The notes under the pieces were generated by a model. It was given only the letters and a program-made list of their open reading frames with translations, searched no databases and was not told the DNA's origin. Shown piece by piece: positions 1-8,906 of a DNA stretch of 64,000 bases (its first letter is position 1; each line of letters begins with the position of its first letter). The translations under genes were made by a program, and so were the position numbers. Origin of the DNA: Alkalispirochaeta sp. (lineage in GTDB: Bacteria > Spirochaetota > Spirochaetia > DSM-27196 > Alkalispirochaetaceae); assembly GCA_965601925.1 (NCBI GenBank), contig OZ271854.1, forward strand, positions 1,152,001-1,216,000, in the 5' to 3' direction.

Positions 1-721
1 GGTCGTGGCCTAACAACAACGAGACGCTCCGCTCGATTGCGCGATGTACGCGCTCGCTTCGTTCCTCGACGGGGATCTTTCCAAACATCGTCAACGTCTT
101 AATCGCACCCCACGCACAGGGAAGCCGATTGTTGTTTGCGCACGCAAAACGAGGTCCCGCCGTCCCCGATCGATAGTATCGTGGCGAGGTCTTCTCATGT
201 GCAGCGGCAACTCCCTCTCCGGTGATGAATCGTGCCTGGAGCTCGATCATCTCGCGGACGCGCTCGTCATCCCCCATACCGAAATCCAGCAGTGCCGCCA
301 GAAGATTTCCGGACAAACAATGAATGAACCCCGACGGCGAGCCGGTCGCCGAAAAGAGTCCGTTTGATGCTCGTGTGTGTGAAAGCACGTACTCACAGGC
401 ACGACGAATACGGTCGTCCGCGCCGTCGGCGCCGAACTGCGACAAGAACATCAGCTGCCATACCGTACCCGTATACTTCGGACTGTAACCGGCTCCCGGT
501 TGCACCCAATACCCTTCGGGATGTTGCGCTTCGAGAACGGCGGCAACCGGCCCAACTTGCCCGATCTGGTCTTTCGCAGCCCGGACCTCCTCATCCGCGT
601 CGGATCGATCGAGGAGATCACGCAACGTGCAGTACCGCACGGCCGGTTGTGCCGGATCCGGTCCCAGCAACCATTCAACGGTAGGGCTGTACCGGTCCAA
701 AAACGCATCCGTGTTTCGCAT
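1..721 (-). CDS. Uncharacterised alpha/alpha-barrel (prenyltransferase/terpene-cyclase-like) protein, 3' end runs off the window; not in the ORF track
   Basis: Manual translation from ATG 721 (GGAGG upstream) is open to base 1: MRNTDAFLDRYSPTVEWLLGPDPAQPAVRYCTLRDLL...GYWVQPGAGYSPKYTGTVWQL...LPCAWGAIK. Same motif order as 50369-51334. Confidence 0.75.
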   Translation of the reverse strand, partial: MRNTDAFLDRYSPTVEWLLGPDPAQPAVRYCTLRDLLDRSDADEEVRAAKDQIGQVGPVAAVLEAQHPEGYWVQPGAGYSPKYTGTVWQLMFLSQFGADGADDRIRRACEYVLSHTRASNGLFSATGSPSGFIHCLSGNLLAALLDFGMGDDERVREMIELQARFITGEGVAAAHEKTSPRYYRSGTAGPRFACANNNRLPCAWGAIKTLTMFGKIPVEERSERVHRAIERSVSLLLGHD

Positions 722-750
722 TCTGAAAACCTCCGTTGACCATCACGACG

Positions 751-1929
751 CTACCGCGGTAGCGAACCAAAGAACGCCCGCATATCCTCCACCAGCAGCT
801 CCGGCTCCTCCAGCGCCGCGAAGTGACCGCCTCGCGGCATCTCGGTCCAGCGTACAACGTTCAAAAAACGTTCGCCGAGCTCGCGCGGCGGTATCGCCCC
901 CTTGGGGAGGTCCTCGGGGAACAACGCCACGGCGGCGGGTACCGAGGACCGAGCCGGCGCTCCCCAATCGAACGTCTCGGACGCGGCAGCCCCGTCGGCC
1001 CACGCTCCGTCGACGGCCCCGCTCCAGTCTTCGTCGGATCCGAAGTAGTACCATCGAATCGATGCGTTGAACGTTTCGGTGACCCAGTAGATCATGATGT
1101 TGGTCAAAAGCTCGTCTTTGGTGAAACTGCGCTCAAGCTCGCCGCCGCAATCGCTCCAGGTGTGAAACTTCTCGACGATCCACGCCGCCATGCCCACCGG
1201 TGAGTCGGTCAGTCCATACGCCAGCGTCTGCGGTTTGGTCCCCTGAACCATGATGTACGCGCCCTCTCGTTTGGACGACGCTTCTTCGGTCGCCAGATAC
1301 CTCTTTTCGGCGGGCGAGAGCGTAGACGGATCGAGGCCGAAGAGCACGTCCCACCCGATGTCGGTCAGATGGAGCGCCGAAACCGTCTCGGGGTAGCGCG
1401 CCGCCAGCTCCTTTGCCAAGGGACTACCCGTGTCGCCGCCGTGCACCGCAAAACTCGAGTACCCCAGCACCTCGGTCATGAGCGTCATCAGCAACTCGGC
1501 GGTGTCGACGCCGGCGCGCGTGGTCGGCTTGTCGGAGAATCCGAATCCCGGCAACGACGGCACAACGACGTCGAACGAGTCGCTCAACATCGGGACGATC
1601 TTGGAGTAGCGATAGAACGAATCGGGCCAACCGTGGAGCAGCAACAGCGGTCGGCGGTTCGGTCCATTCGCCCGCTCGTGGATGAAATGGATACCGAATC
1701 CGTCTACCTCGGCTCGGAAGTGGGAGAACTCGTTGAGTTTTGCCTCCGCTGCGCGCCAGTCGTACTGCTCGCGCCAATAGGTCGCGAGTTCTTGGAGGAA
1801 CGACAGGTTGGTTCCGTAGTCCCAACCCGCGCCGTCGACCTCGTCGGGCCAACGGGTGCGTGCAAGTCGCTCATGCAGATCATCCAGCACGTCCTGCGGA
1901 ACGTCGATCGTGAATGGTTTGGGTACCAT
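751..1929 (-). CDS. Microsomal-type epoxide hydrolase (EHN N-terminus + alpha/beta hydrolase)
   Basis: PFTIDVP..LDDL..RLARTRWP, HGWP oxyanion motif, GGDTGS nucleophile elbow, GGHFAALEEP. GAGGAGG RBS before ATG 1929. Confidence 0.92.
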   Translation of the reverse strand: MVPKPFTIDVPQDVLDDLHERLARTRWPDEVDGAGWDYGTNLSFLQELATYWREQYDWRAAEAKLNEFSHFRAEVDGFGIHFIHERANGPNRRPLLLLHGWPDSFYRYSKIVPMLSDSFDVVVPSLPGFGFSDKPTTRAGVDTAELLMTLMTEVLGYSSFAVHGGDTGSPLAKELAARYPETVSALHLTDIGWDVLFGLDPSTLSPAEKRYLATEEASSKREGAYIMVQGTKPQTLAYGLTDSPVGMAAWIVEKFHTWSDCGGELERSFTKDELLTNIMIYWVTETFNASIRWYYFGSDEDWSGAVDGAWADGAAASETFDWGAPARSSVPAAVALFPEDLPKGAIPPRELGERFLNVVRWTEMPRGGHFAALEEPELLVEDMRAFFGSLPR

Positions 1930-1971
1930 ATGCGCCTCCTCAAAGCGTTTGCCTTGATGATAAGGCTCAAT

Positions 1972-1990
1972 TAGGACATGATTGGCCCTA
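1972..1990. promoter_or_regulatory. Candidate operator for the WYL regulator (TAGGAC-N7-GCCCTA)
   Basis: Imperfect inverted repeat (5/6) in the 84-bp divergent intergenic gap. Confidence 0.55.
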
Positions 1991-2013
1991 TACATAAAAA
2001 AGGAGCGGAGAAC

Positions 2014-2976
2014 ATGTATTCCCCGACCATGCGTCTGCTAACGGTCCTCGAACTCTTGGAAACCTTTCATTCGGTGAGCGGAACGGAGCTCGCCCGACGC
2101 CTTGAAGTGGATGTCAGGACCGTCCGACGCTACATCACGACCCTCCAAGACATGGGCATACCCGTTGCGGCGGAACGCGGTCCTCACGGCGCCTATCGTT
2201 TGAAGCGGGGGCGGAAGCTGCCGCCGCTCATGTATACTCCCTCCGAGGCGGCGGCGATCACGCTGGGGCTCCGCGCGACGCGCGCCCTACGCTTTCCCGT
2301 AGACGGAACCGCGGTTGAGGGAGCCCTTGCAAAGACCGAACGTCTCCTGCCCGAGAAGCTTCTCCATCACACGAAAAGTCTCCGCGAGGCGGTCGTCTTA
2401 CACGACGGATCTTACTGGAACAGTGTGTCGATGCGCGATCGTGGTGAGCTTCTCACGCGGCTCACACAGGCGGTGCAGGAGAGACGGAGCGTCTCGGTCC
2501 GCTATCGATCCCGCGAAGGAGCCGAAACGCACCGCACCGTCGATCCCTACGGCGTGGCGTGGACCGAGGGCCTATGGTACCTTGCGGGCTACTGTCACCT
2601 ACGTCGGGACTTGCGCACCTTCCGCCTCGACCGCATCGCGAGCGCCGAATCGATCGCAGAGCGCTTCGAGCGCCCCGACCGCTTCGACACGCTGGAATAC
2701 GTGCTGCAGTCCGTCGAGGCGGCTCGCGGAGGCCACGAGATCGAGGTGGTGCTGAACACAACGATGGGACGAGCCCGAGAGCTCCTGGGAACGGCCTTCG
2801 ACGACTTTGAGGTCGCGCAAGACGGGATCGTCGCCCGCTGCGAGGCCGCCCGCCTCGAGTGGATCGCCTATGCACTCCTCGACCTTGACGTCCCGGTCAC
2901 GATTCGCGGGCCTGCAGCTCTGCAAGAGCTCGTGCGGCACATCGCCGAGAGAGCCGCGCGGATCGCGACGGAGTAA
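2014..2976 (+). CDS. YafY-family HTH-WYL-WCX transcriptional regulator
   Basis: ELARRLEVDVRTVRRYI HTH; RTVDPY..WYL.GYC..R.DLRTFRLDRI WYL motif. Confidence 0.93.
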   Translation: MYSPTMRLLTVLELLETFHSVSGTELARRLEVDVRTVRRYITTLQDMGIPVAAERGPHGAYRLKRGRKLPPLMYTPSEAAAITLGLRATRALRFPVDGTAVEGALAKTERLLPEKLLHHTKSLREAVVLHDGSYWNSVSMRDRGELLTRLTQAVQERRSVSVRYRSREGAETHRTVDPYGVAWTEGLWYLAGYCHLRRDLRTFRLDRIASAESIAERFERPDRFDTLEYVLQSVEAARGGHEIEVVLNTTMGRARELLGTAFDDFEVAQDGIVARCEAARLEWIAYALLDLDVPVTIRGPAALQELVRHIAERAARIATE

Positions 2977-3017
2977 TGCCGCCGCCCATAGCGGTTCTCG
3001 TGCGGGACGTATCGGAA

Positions 3018-3338
3018 TCATCGGCGGCCGAAGTCGAGGGCTGTCCGTATCCAAGCGCCGAGACGGTCGGGGCTGTTCGTTCCCTCCGGGCCGACGAGTA
3101 TCCACCCTCGCATCTTGGGCTTGTTTTTCATTTCGTAGCGCCGGGCCCCCGGCTCCGCGAGGAGCGCATCGTTCATCTCCGGTCGGCAGCGTACCAATAG
3201 GTCGTCATCCTGCACACGGACACATACCGTTCCGCTCCTCATGAACGTAAGCCCGCCCATTTTGACCCGCTCCTCGATATCGCTCTCGCCGGAGAGCAGC
3301 GCTCGCACCCGATCGCCGAGCGCTTCGTTGTAGGCCAT
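3018..3338 (-). CDS. TfoX/Sxy N-terminal-like protein
   Basis: MAYNEALGDRVR...KMGGLTFM...MRGWILV; start trimmed to ATG 3338. Confidence 0.82.
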   Translation of the reverse strand: MAYNEALGDRVRALLSGESDIEERVKMGGLTFMRSGTVCVRVQDDDLLVRCRPEMNDALLAEPGARRYEMKNKPKMRGWILVGPEGTNSPDRLGAWIRTALDFGRR

Positions 3339-3472
3339 ATACCTCACTCCTTCCGCCGACGCGATCGTAGCCCTCCCGACCCTCCACGCCGCGATAGGGT
3401 CGCAGCAAGAACTCCGTGGCGTGCGGCTCAAGGCCCTTCCGTGGGCAAATTCTACCACGAAATTCGCGGAGC

Positions 3473-3937
3473 CTAAGTACCGGTCCCGACGTACGCCTCC
3501 AACCGCTCGAACGCCTCGCCCCACCCCTCGCCGTGGGAATCGCGGCTTTCGACCGAGGCGAAGATCGCTTGGTGGAAGTTGAACGTCGTCGTGCCGTCGC
3601 GCTCCAGAAAGGTTACGGTCACGAGCGTATCGTGCTCGACCTCTCCCGCTTCGTTTTCCCAGCCGTGAGTCAGGACGAGGCGCTCGGGATACACGATCTC
3701 CCGGTACACACCGCGCAGCCAAAACCGACCACCGTCGAACTCGTATCCGCAGCGGTAGGCGCCGCCGGGCCGCACGTCGAACTCCGGAGCGAGAAGGGTA
3801 CACCCCGCCGGCCCGAACCAGTGCACCAGCCGTGCCGGGTCGGTCCAAGCCCTAAAGACGAGGTCACGCGGTGCGGCGACCGTGCGCGTCATGTGGAGTT
3901 CGAGGTCCGCCTCGACGATAGACGATTGCTTACACAT
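3473..3937 (-). CDS. SRPBCC/AHSA1-like ligand-binding protein
   Basis: R..APRDLVFRAWTDP..L..WFGP...DVRPGG.Y; GW...FERL at the C-terminus. Confidence 0.9.
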   Translation of the reverse strand: MCKQSSIVEADLELHMTRTVAAPRDLVFRAWTDPARLVHWFGPAGCTLLAPEFDVRPGGAYRCGYEFDGGRFWLRGVYREIVYPERLVLTHGWENEAGEVEHDTLVTVTFLERDGTTTFNFHQAIFASVESRDSHGEGWGEAFERLEAYVGTGT

Positions 3938-4502
3938 ATCGATTCACCTCCTTGTCCATTTGGAGCTTCGTGTAACGCCGGTTGGGTACGGATGCGACGA
4001 CACGGACCGTCCGTGTCGATCCGACCTCCGCTACGAGCCGACTATGAATGACGAAGCCGGCGTTCGTGAGGTTCGCGACGATTCGGTCCGCCGCACCGTC
4101 GGCGCTCTGTGCGTCGGCGGGGTCGTAGATCACGAAGAAGCGGCCCTCCGGCGCGAGGCGCTCGGCGACGACGGCGAGATCCGGCGCGGCACCGCTCCCG
4201 GCAAAGAGCCCCACGCGGATAGCGAAGACGGTATCGAACTGCGCATCGCCGAGCTCGGCGTCCCGAAGTGCAACGGCGTGAAACGCGGCTCTGCCGGCCT
4301 CGATGTGGCGGACGTTTCGGCTACGGGCGGCGGCGATCATCTTGGCGGAGCGGTCGAGGGCGGTGATACGGCCGCTTTCGAGTTTATCGCACACGAGAGA
4401 GACGGCGACGCCGTGCCCGCAGCCTATCTCGAGGAGCCGTTGGTGCGGGCGTACGTCGAGAGCCTCAACCGCCCACGTAAGTCGCTCAGAAGGGCCGGTC
4501 AT
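3930..4502 (-). CDS. Class I SAM-dependent methyltransferase
   Basis: LLEIGCGHG motif I, ALDRS motif II, FDTVFA. Confidence 0.85.
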   Translation of the reverse strand: MTGPSERLTWAVEALDVRPHQRLLEIGCGHGVAVSLVCDKLESGRITALDRSAKMIAAARSRNVRHIEAGRAAFHAVALRDAELGDAQFDTVFAIRVGLFAGSGAAPDLAVVAERLAPEGRFFVIYDPADAQSADGAADRIVANLTNAGFVIHSRLVAEVGSTRTVRVVASVPNRRYTKLQMDKEVNRYV

Positions 4503-4505
4503 ACG

Positions 4506-5078
4506 TCAGTCCTCCAGGTCGGCGAGAAACACGAGGGTGCGCTCGAGAATCGTCAGCGCGATCGCCGCGTCGTAATCCGGTGAACTCGAATCCGCGACGA
4601 GGTGCGCCCCCGTCGGATAGATGAACAGTTCCGCACCGGGTAGCGTCGCGAGGTCCCGTGCCGCCTCGATATCCTCGGCGACATAGGTGTCGTGCTCGGC
4701 CAAGTGCATCTGAAGGGGTACACCGCCGGGCCACGCCTCACCGAACACGGACGCCGGAACCGCTCCGTGGTACAGGATCGCCCCGGCCGCACCGGGAAGC
4801 GTCTGGGCCGCTTTTTGAGTCGGCAACACTCCGAGGGAGAAGCCGGCGACGACGAAGCTCGCTCCGTGCCGCTCTGCGATCCGAACGCCTCGCTCGGCCA
4901 TCACCTCCAGGCCGATCTCCTCGGCAAACGCGACACCGTCGGAAACGGTCCGGAAGGTCCGCCCGTCGTAAAGGTCCGGCGTCTCGACCTCGTGGCCGGC
5001 GCGCCGCAACTCCTCGGCGAAGGCGCGTACCCCCTCGGTCAGCCCCAAGGCGTGGTGAAATAGGATTACTCGTGCCAC
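4506..5078 (-). CDS. Dienelactone hydrolase family protein
   Basis: LFHHALGLT, PDLYDG, GFSLG, YPTGAHL. Confidence 0.88.
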   Translation of the reverse strand: MARVILFHHALGLTEGVRAFAEELRRAGHEVETPDLYDGRTFRTVSDGVAFAEEIGLEVMAERGVRIAERHGASFVVAGFSLGVLPTQKAAQTLPGAAGAILYHGAVPASVFGEAWPGGVPLQMHLAEHDTYVAEDIEAARDLATLPGAELFIYPTGAHLVADSSSPDYDAAIALTILERTLVFLADLED

Positions 5079-5134
5079 AAACTCCTCCTCGGTTTGCGCA
5101 AAAAGCGCGGGACGAAGCGTACTGCACCTCGCCG

Positions 5135-5470
5135 CTATACCTCGACGAGAACGGACGCCCCCTCCCGGTCGTCACCGTCGAGCCACCTCCAGGTCTCGAT
5201 AAGCCGCAGGGTTCCGTCGCCTTGTGTCTCGACTCGCGTCGTACAGGTACCGGCGCGCAGGACGCCTGCCGTGTTGAGGTGGTGATAGCGGATCTCGAAA
5301 CGGCTATCGTCGACTACGCGCCCGACGATTCGACCGCAGCGGATCTCGCCGCCGGAGTACTCCGCCCAGATGACGTCGCCGTCTTGGTGATAGTGAAACT
5401 GCGTGGCACCGCGGACCTCCCCGGACGGGGAGTTCGATTCCGCTCGGAAGATCTTGTCGTGTAGATTCAT
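5135..5470 (-). CDS. Small conserved beta-rich hypothetical protein
   Basis: SNS.SGEV...T.FHYHQ...IWAEYSGG.I..G; start overlaps the upstream stop. Confidence 0.7.
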   Translation of the reverse strand: MNLHDKIFRAESNSPSGEVRGATQFHYHQDGDVIWAEYSGGEIRCGRIVGRVVDDSRFEIRYHHLNTAGVLRAGTCTTRVETQGDGTLRLIETWRWLDGDDREGASVLVEV

Positions 5471-5949
5471 GAATGCTCCCTTCTCGCTGTTAGGCCGTCT
5501 ATGATCTGCCGAATCGCCGCGAGGTGAAATGCCGAATGGGCAAGCACGGATAGAGTACCGCTTACGAAGTCACCCGCATCGTCCGGATCGAAGCCGCGTA
5601 CCATCCGGACGGCGGCGTCGTAGGCGCGGCGAGAGTCGTCTTTGAGGGCGTCCCACTCTTTTTCGGTCACTACGGAGACGGTCCAGCTCTCGTCCCAGTC
5701 GGTCTTCCCCGTTCGCTCACCGGTCGTATACTCACGTAACACGTCGAGGTAAAAGGTGAGGTGATACACGTGTGCGGCAACGGTCTCGCCGTTCGCGGGG
5801 TTCGGCGTCGATGCCTCTCCCGCCGAGATCGCCTCCACGGTTTCGAACAGGGAGGTCCCGCCGTCGAGATAGAAGCCCTCGACCTTTTCGAACGTCTCGG
5901 TCATGAGGCCTTGGAGCTCAGTCCGATACAGTGCGGAATCGATATTCAT
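5467..5949 (-). CDS. DinB/YfiT-like four-helix-bundle protein
   Basis: TVAAHVYH...AHSAFHLAAIRQ histidine pattern. Confidence 0.78.
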   Translation of the reverse strand: MNIDSALYRTELQGLMTETFEKVEGFYLDGGTSLFETVEAISAGEASTPNPANGETVAAHVYHLTFYLDVLREYTTGERTGKTDWDESWTVSVVTEKEWDALKDDSRRAYDAAVRMVRGFDPDDAGDFVSGTLSVLAHSAFHLAAIRQIIDGLTARREHS

Positions 5950-5956
5950 AAGTGTT

Positions 5957-6358
5957 TCACTCCTCTCGAAACGTCTCGGTCACAAGCTGCGTATCCATGT
6001 ACTCTCTGAGCTCGCGTATTTTTCCGTCGGCGATTCTGCACACCCAGCAGTAGTTGTTATGGTACTGCCGCCCGTCGGGAGTCGTATTGTGCCCTTGCGC
6101 CTCCACCACCACGTGGTCGCCCTCGGCGATGAGGCGCCGGGCGACGACCTTGTAGGGCGGCGCAAGGGTCCTCCGGACCGCACTCCACAGTTCGTCCAAA
6201 ACGGCCCGCTTTCCGCCGAAGGTCTTTGACCACCGGCCGGAGCCCATCCAGGTCCAGCGCATGTCTTCGGCCATGGCTTCGACAAAGGGTGCATCGTTAC
6301 CCTTCGACAGCTCGGCGAAGATGTCCTTCATGAGTTGTCTATTTGCATTGGTACTCAT
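5957..6358 (-). CDS. NTF2/SnoaL-like protein
   Basis: LIAEGDHVVVE...YHNNYCWVCRIADGKI...EYMDT; GAGGAG RBS before ATG 6358. Confidence 0.9.
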   Translation of the reverse strand: MSTNANRQLMKDIFAELSKGNDAPFVEAMAEDMRWTWMGSGRWSKTFGGKRAVLDELWSAVRRTLAPPYKVVARRLIAEGDHVVVEAQGHNTTPDGRQYHNNYCWVCRIADGKIRELREYMDTQLVTETFREE

Positions 6359-6383
6359 GCGAGTCGACTCCTCTCTCTTCGGT

Positions 6384-6869
6384 TCATCGCGCCGGCGCTT
6401 CGACGTGGATGCGTAGCTTATCGAGGCTGCCGCGCAGTCCTTCTTCCATACCCGCGAGGGCAAACTCAACCTCCCGCGTCGCGTGTAGTACCTCGGCGCG
6501 CACGGTGAGCTCAGTTCGGTCTCCCCGCTCTTCGAAACCGACGGTATGACGAACCCGAAGCATGGGAATGCCCGCCGCATCGGGAAAGCCGGTGGTGGTG
6601 AGAACGAGGCGGATAGGCTCGGCTACCTCCTCAAAGATGCCCTCAACGGGAATCTCTCCTCCGTTTGGGCCGTGCATAGTGATACGGAAGAAGCCGCCGG
6701 GGCGTAGATCCAGCTCACAACGCGAAGCGCTGAAGTCGATAGGTCCCCACCAGCGCACTATGCGGTCGGCCTCGGTCCAGGCGCGCCACACGAGCTCGCG
6801 CGGCGCCGCAAAAAAACGGGTAATCACCAGCGGTTCGATCCGATCGGCTATGTTATGACCTGTACTCAA
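6384..6869 (-). CDS. SRPBCC/AHSA1-like protein
   Basis: ITRFFAAPRELVWRAWTE...WWGP...DLRPGG. Confidence 0.88.
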   Translation of the reverse strand: MSTGHNIADRIEPLVITRFFAAPRELVWRAWTEADRIVRWWGPIDFSASRCELDLRPGGFFRITMHGPNGGEIPVEGIFEEVAEPIRLVLTTTGFPDAAGIPMLRVRHTVGFEERGDRTELTVRAEVLHATREVEFALAGMEEGLRGSLDKLRIHVEAPAR

Positions 6870-6887
6870 CCTATGCTCCTATCTCAT

Positions 6888-7785
6888 TCAATCGAGAAAA
6901 AACTCGACCAAAGCCGGGGTCAGCGCTTCCGGCGATACGTCGTGGGTCTGTCCGTCCAAACTGCGATACTGCGCGTCGAGCAGGCGGTTCGGACAGGGCT
7001 CGTACGCTTCGCTGCTGGTAATCCGGACTCGCGCCGCCGGCAATCGCAAGGGTCGGAACGGTCACCTCGCGCCAGCGCTCCACCGGAAGCGGATTTCCCG
7101 ACATCGTGGTACCCATGACGGTACCGTCGTATGAAAGAGTGTGGGCCACCTCTTCAAAGGCGGGCCAGAAATCCATTTCACGCATCGGGGCCACATGGTC
7201 GGCGGGCACGCCGACCGCCCGGGTCATGAAGTACTCGACCGCATCGCCCCTTCGTCCTTCGGCGATCATGGCGTTCAACCGGGTGACATAGTCGTCCGGT
7301 AGAGGCGCGCGGCTGTCGTCGACTATAAAGGGCGGCTCGTAGAGGGCGAGCCTTGTGATGGGAAGCCCGGCGGCCGCGGCGTCCAACGACAACACCGCCC
7401 CGGACGAAATGCCGAGTACGAAGGCCTCGCCTCCCATCGCATCGATAATCGCCGCGAGGTCTTCAATCTCGCGCGCCACCGCATACGGCGGCGTGTCGCC
7501 CGACTCGCCTCGGCCACGACGATCATAACTCACCACCGTGAAATGCTCTTCCAGAATCTCCCAGCCCGGGGGTACCGGAAAGCCGCGGTGATAAAAGGCG
7601 CCGCCGACGGAGATCAGCGTCGGTCCGGTGCCGGCCACTTCGTAGGCGATAGACGTACCGTCCCGCGAAGAAACGTACTGTGTCACAGTTTCCTCCTTTT
7701 GATCGACGCCGTGTGGCGTCGTGCTACATCCGACAATCACCGCCGCAACGAGTACTGCGACGGGTGTAATCCGGTATCTGCTCAT
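6888..7785 (-). pseudogene. Alpha/beta hydrolase with a +1 frameshift near 6987 (pseudogene or sequencing error)
   Basis: SRDGTSIAY, YDRRGRGES, GISSG. The conserved tail RSLDGQTHDVSPEAL...EFFLD* lies in the alternate frame, stop at 6888. Confidence 0.75.
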
Positions 7786-8243
7786 AGTCCTGTCCTCCGC
7801 ACCTTGGAGAAGCGCATGTTCATCCAGTGAATCCACCTATAGTCATCAAAGCGCTCCCAGGTCGCACTCATTGACGTCCCATCCGAACCTAAAACGAGTG
7901 TCGCGCGTATCGCCTCATCGGCGAACAGAAGATTGCCGTTGGTGTCCAGCGACGCCCACATCACCGCGTGACTGCCGTCGTTTTGGAATGCATGCATCGC
8001 ACAAGCCTTTTTCGACTCGTTGTATTCACCGATGATCTCCATGACGTCGACTTTTTCAACTCCGACGTGGACATCCACGCGGTGGATGAGGAACTGCTTG
8101 CCGCGAAGCCACTCGTAAGAGTCCGTCCCGGAGACTGTCAGCAACGAACCATCGGGAGCGGACATCTCACCGGTGGAGTTCCAGACGCCGGTCAGAGCAT
8201 CCAGAGATCTAAGTATCGCGTTCTTCGGTTCCATATCTCTCAT
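7782..8243 (-). CDS. DUF1579-like beta-barrel protein
   Basis: L.G.W...G....GTDSYEWL.G..FLIHRVDV...W..WMNMRFSK; overlaps both neighbours. Confidence 0.72.
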   Translation of the reverse strand: MRDMEPKNAILRSLDALTGVWNSTGEMSAPDGSLLTVSGTDSYEWLRGKQFLIHRVDVHVGVEKVDVMEIIGEYNESKKACAMHAFQNDGSHAVMWASLDTNGNLLFADEAIRATLVLGSDGTSMSATWERFDDYRWIHWMNMRFSKVRRTGL

Positions 8244-8725
8244 GCGCGTCCGTCCCGGGCTTTCGCGCCGCGTACGTGTTCAGCCAAGCGGTCGAACGCT
8301 TCACCCCATCCTTCGCCGTGGGAGTCGCGGTTCGCCACGGAATCGAAGAAGGCTTGATGGAACGCAAAGCTGGTTTTGCCGTCCGACTCGGTAAAGGTCA
8401 CGGTTACCAGCGTGTCGTGGTCCACATCGCCGGCTTCGTTTTCCCAACCGTGCGTAAATACCAATCGATTATGGGGCTCGATTTCACGGTAGACGCCGCG
8501 AAGCCAAAATTCACTCCCCTCGAAGTTGTAGCCGCAGCGGTATCCGCCTCCCGGTCGCACGTCGAACTGCGGCGCCAGAAGCGTGCACCCCTTGGGACCG
8601 AACCAATGTGCCAGTTGGGAGGGATCGGTCCAGGCGCGAAACACCACCTCGCGCGGTGCGTCGATGGTACGGGTGATGTGGAGCTCGCGATCGGCGCGTG
8701 TGGTCGATTCGGTGTGTGTCGTCAT
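8240..8725 (-). CDS. SRPBCC/AHSA1-like protein, close paralog of 3473-3937
   Basis: Shares HWFGP.GCTLLAP.FDVRPGG and RDSHGEGWGEAF with 3473-3937. Confidence 0.9.
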   Translation of the reverse strand: MTTHTESTTRADRELHITRTIDAPREVVFRAWTDPSQLAHWFGPKGCTLLAPQFDVRPGGGYRCGYNFEGSEFWLRGVYREIEPHNRLVFTHGWENEAGDVDHDTLVTVTFTESDGKTSFAFHQAFFDSVANRDSHGEGWGEAFDRLAEHVRGAKARDGRA

Positions 8726-8865
8726 ATTCTTTCTCTCCTATATCTCGGATCGCCGTGCATCTTCGGAAGTGTCAGTGAGAGCGTTTCTCTACGCATCGTG
8801 TTCATCGTCACGGTTCGGGTGATGTGGAGCTCGCGTTCGGCGTCCGGTTCAGTATCGGTAATCAT
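8722..8865 (-). pseudogene. Truncated SRPBCC gene start (remnant)
   Basis: Strong RBS + MITDTEPDAERELHITRT, matching ADRELHITRT of the downstream gene, then similarity stops. Confidence 0.55.
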
Positions 8866-8906
8866 GGTTCCTCCTCCGTGTCCTCTGCGCTCTCCGTGCG
8901 AAAAAA

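Noticed and set aside
44..739. Listed ORFs 44-367, 364-684, 451-708 and 500-739
   Set aside because: Shadows of the unlisted minus-strand gene at 1-721.
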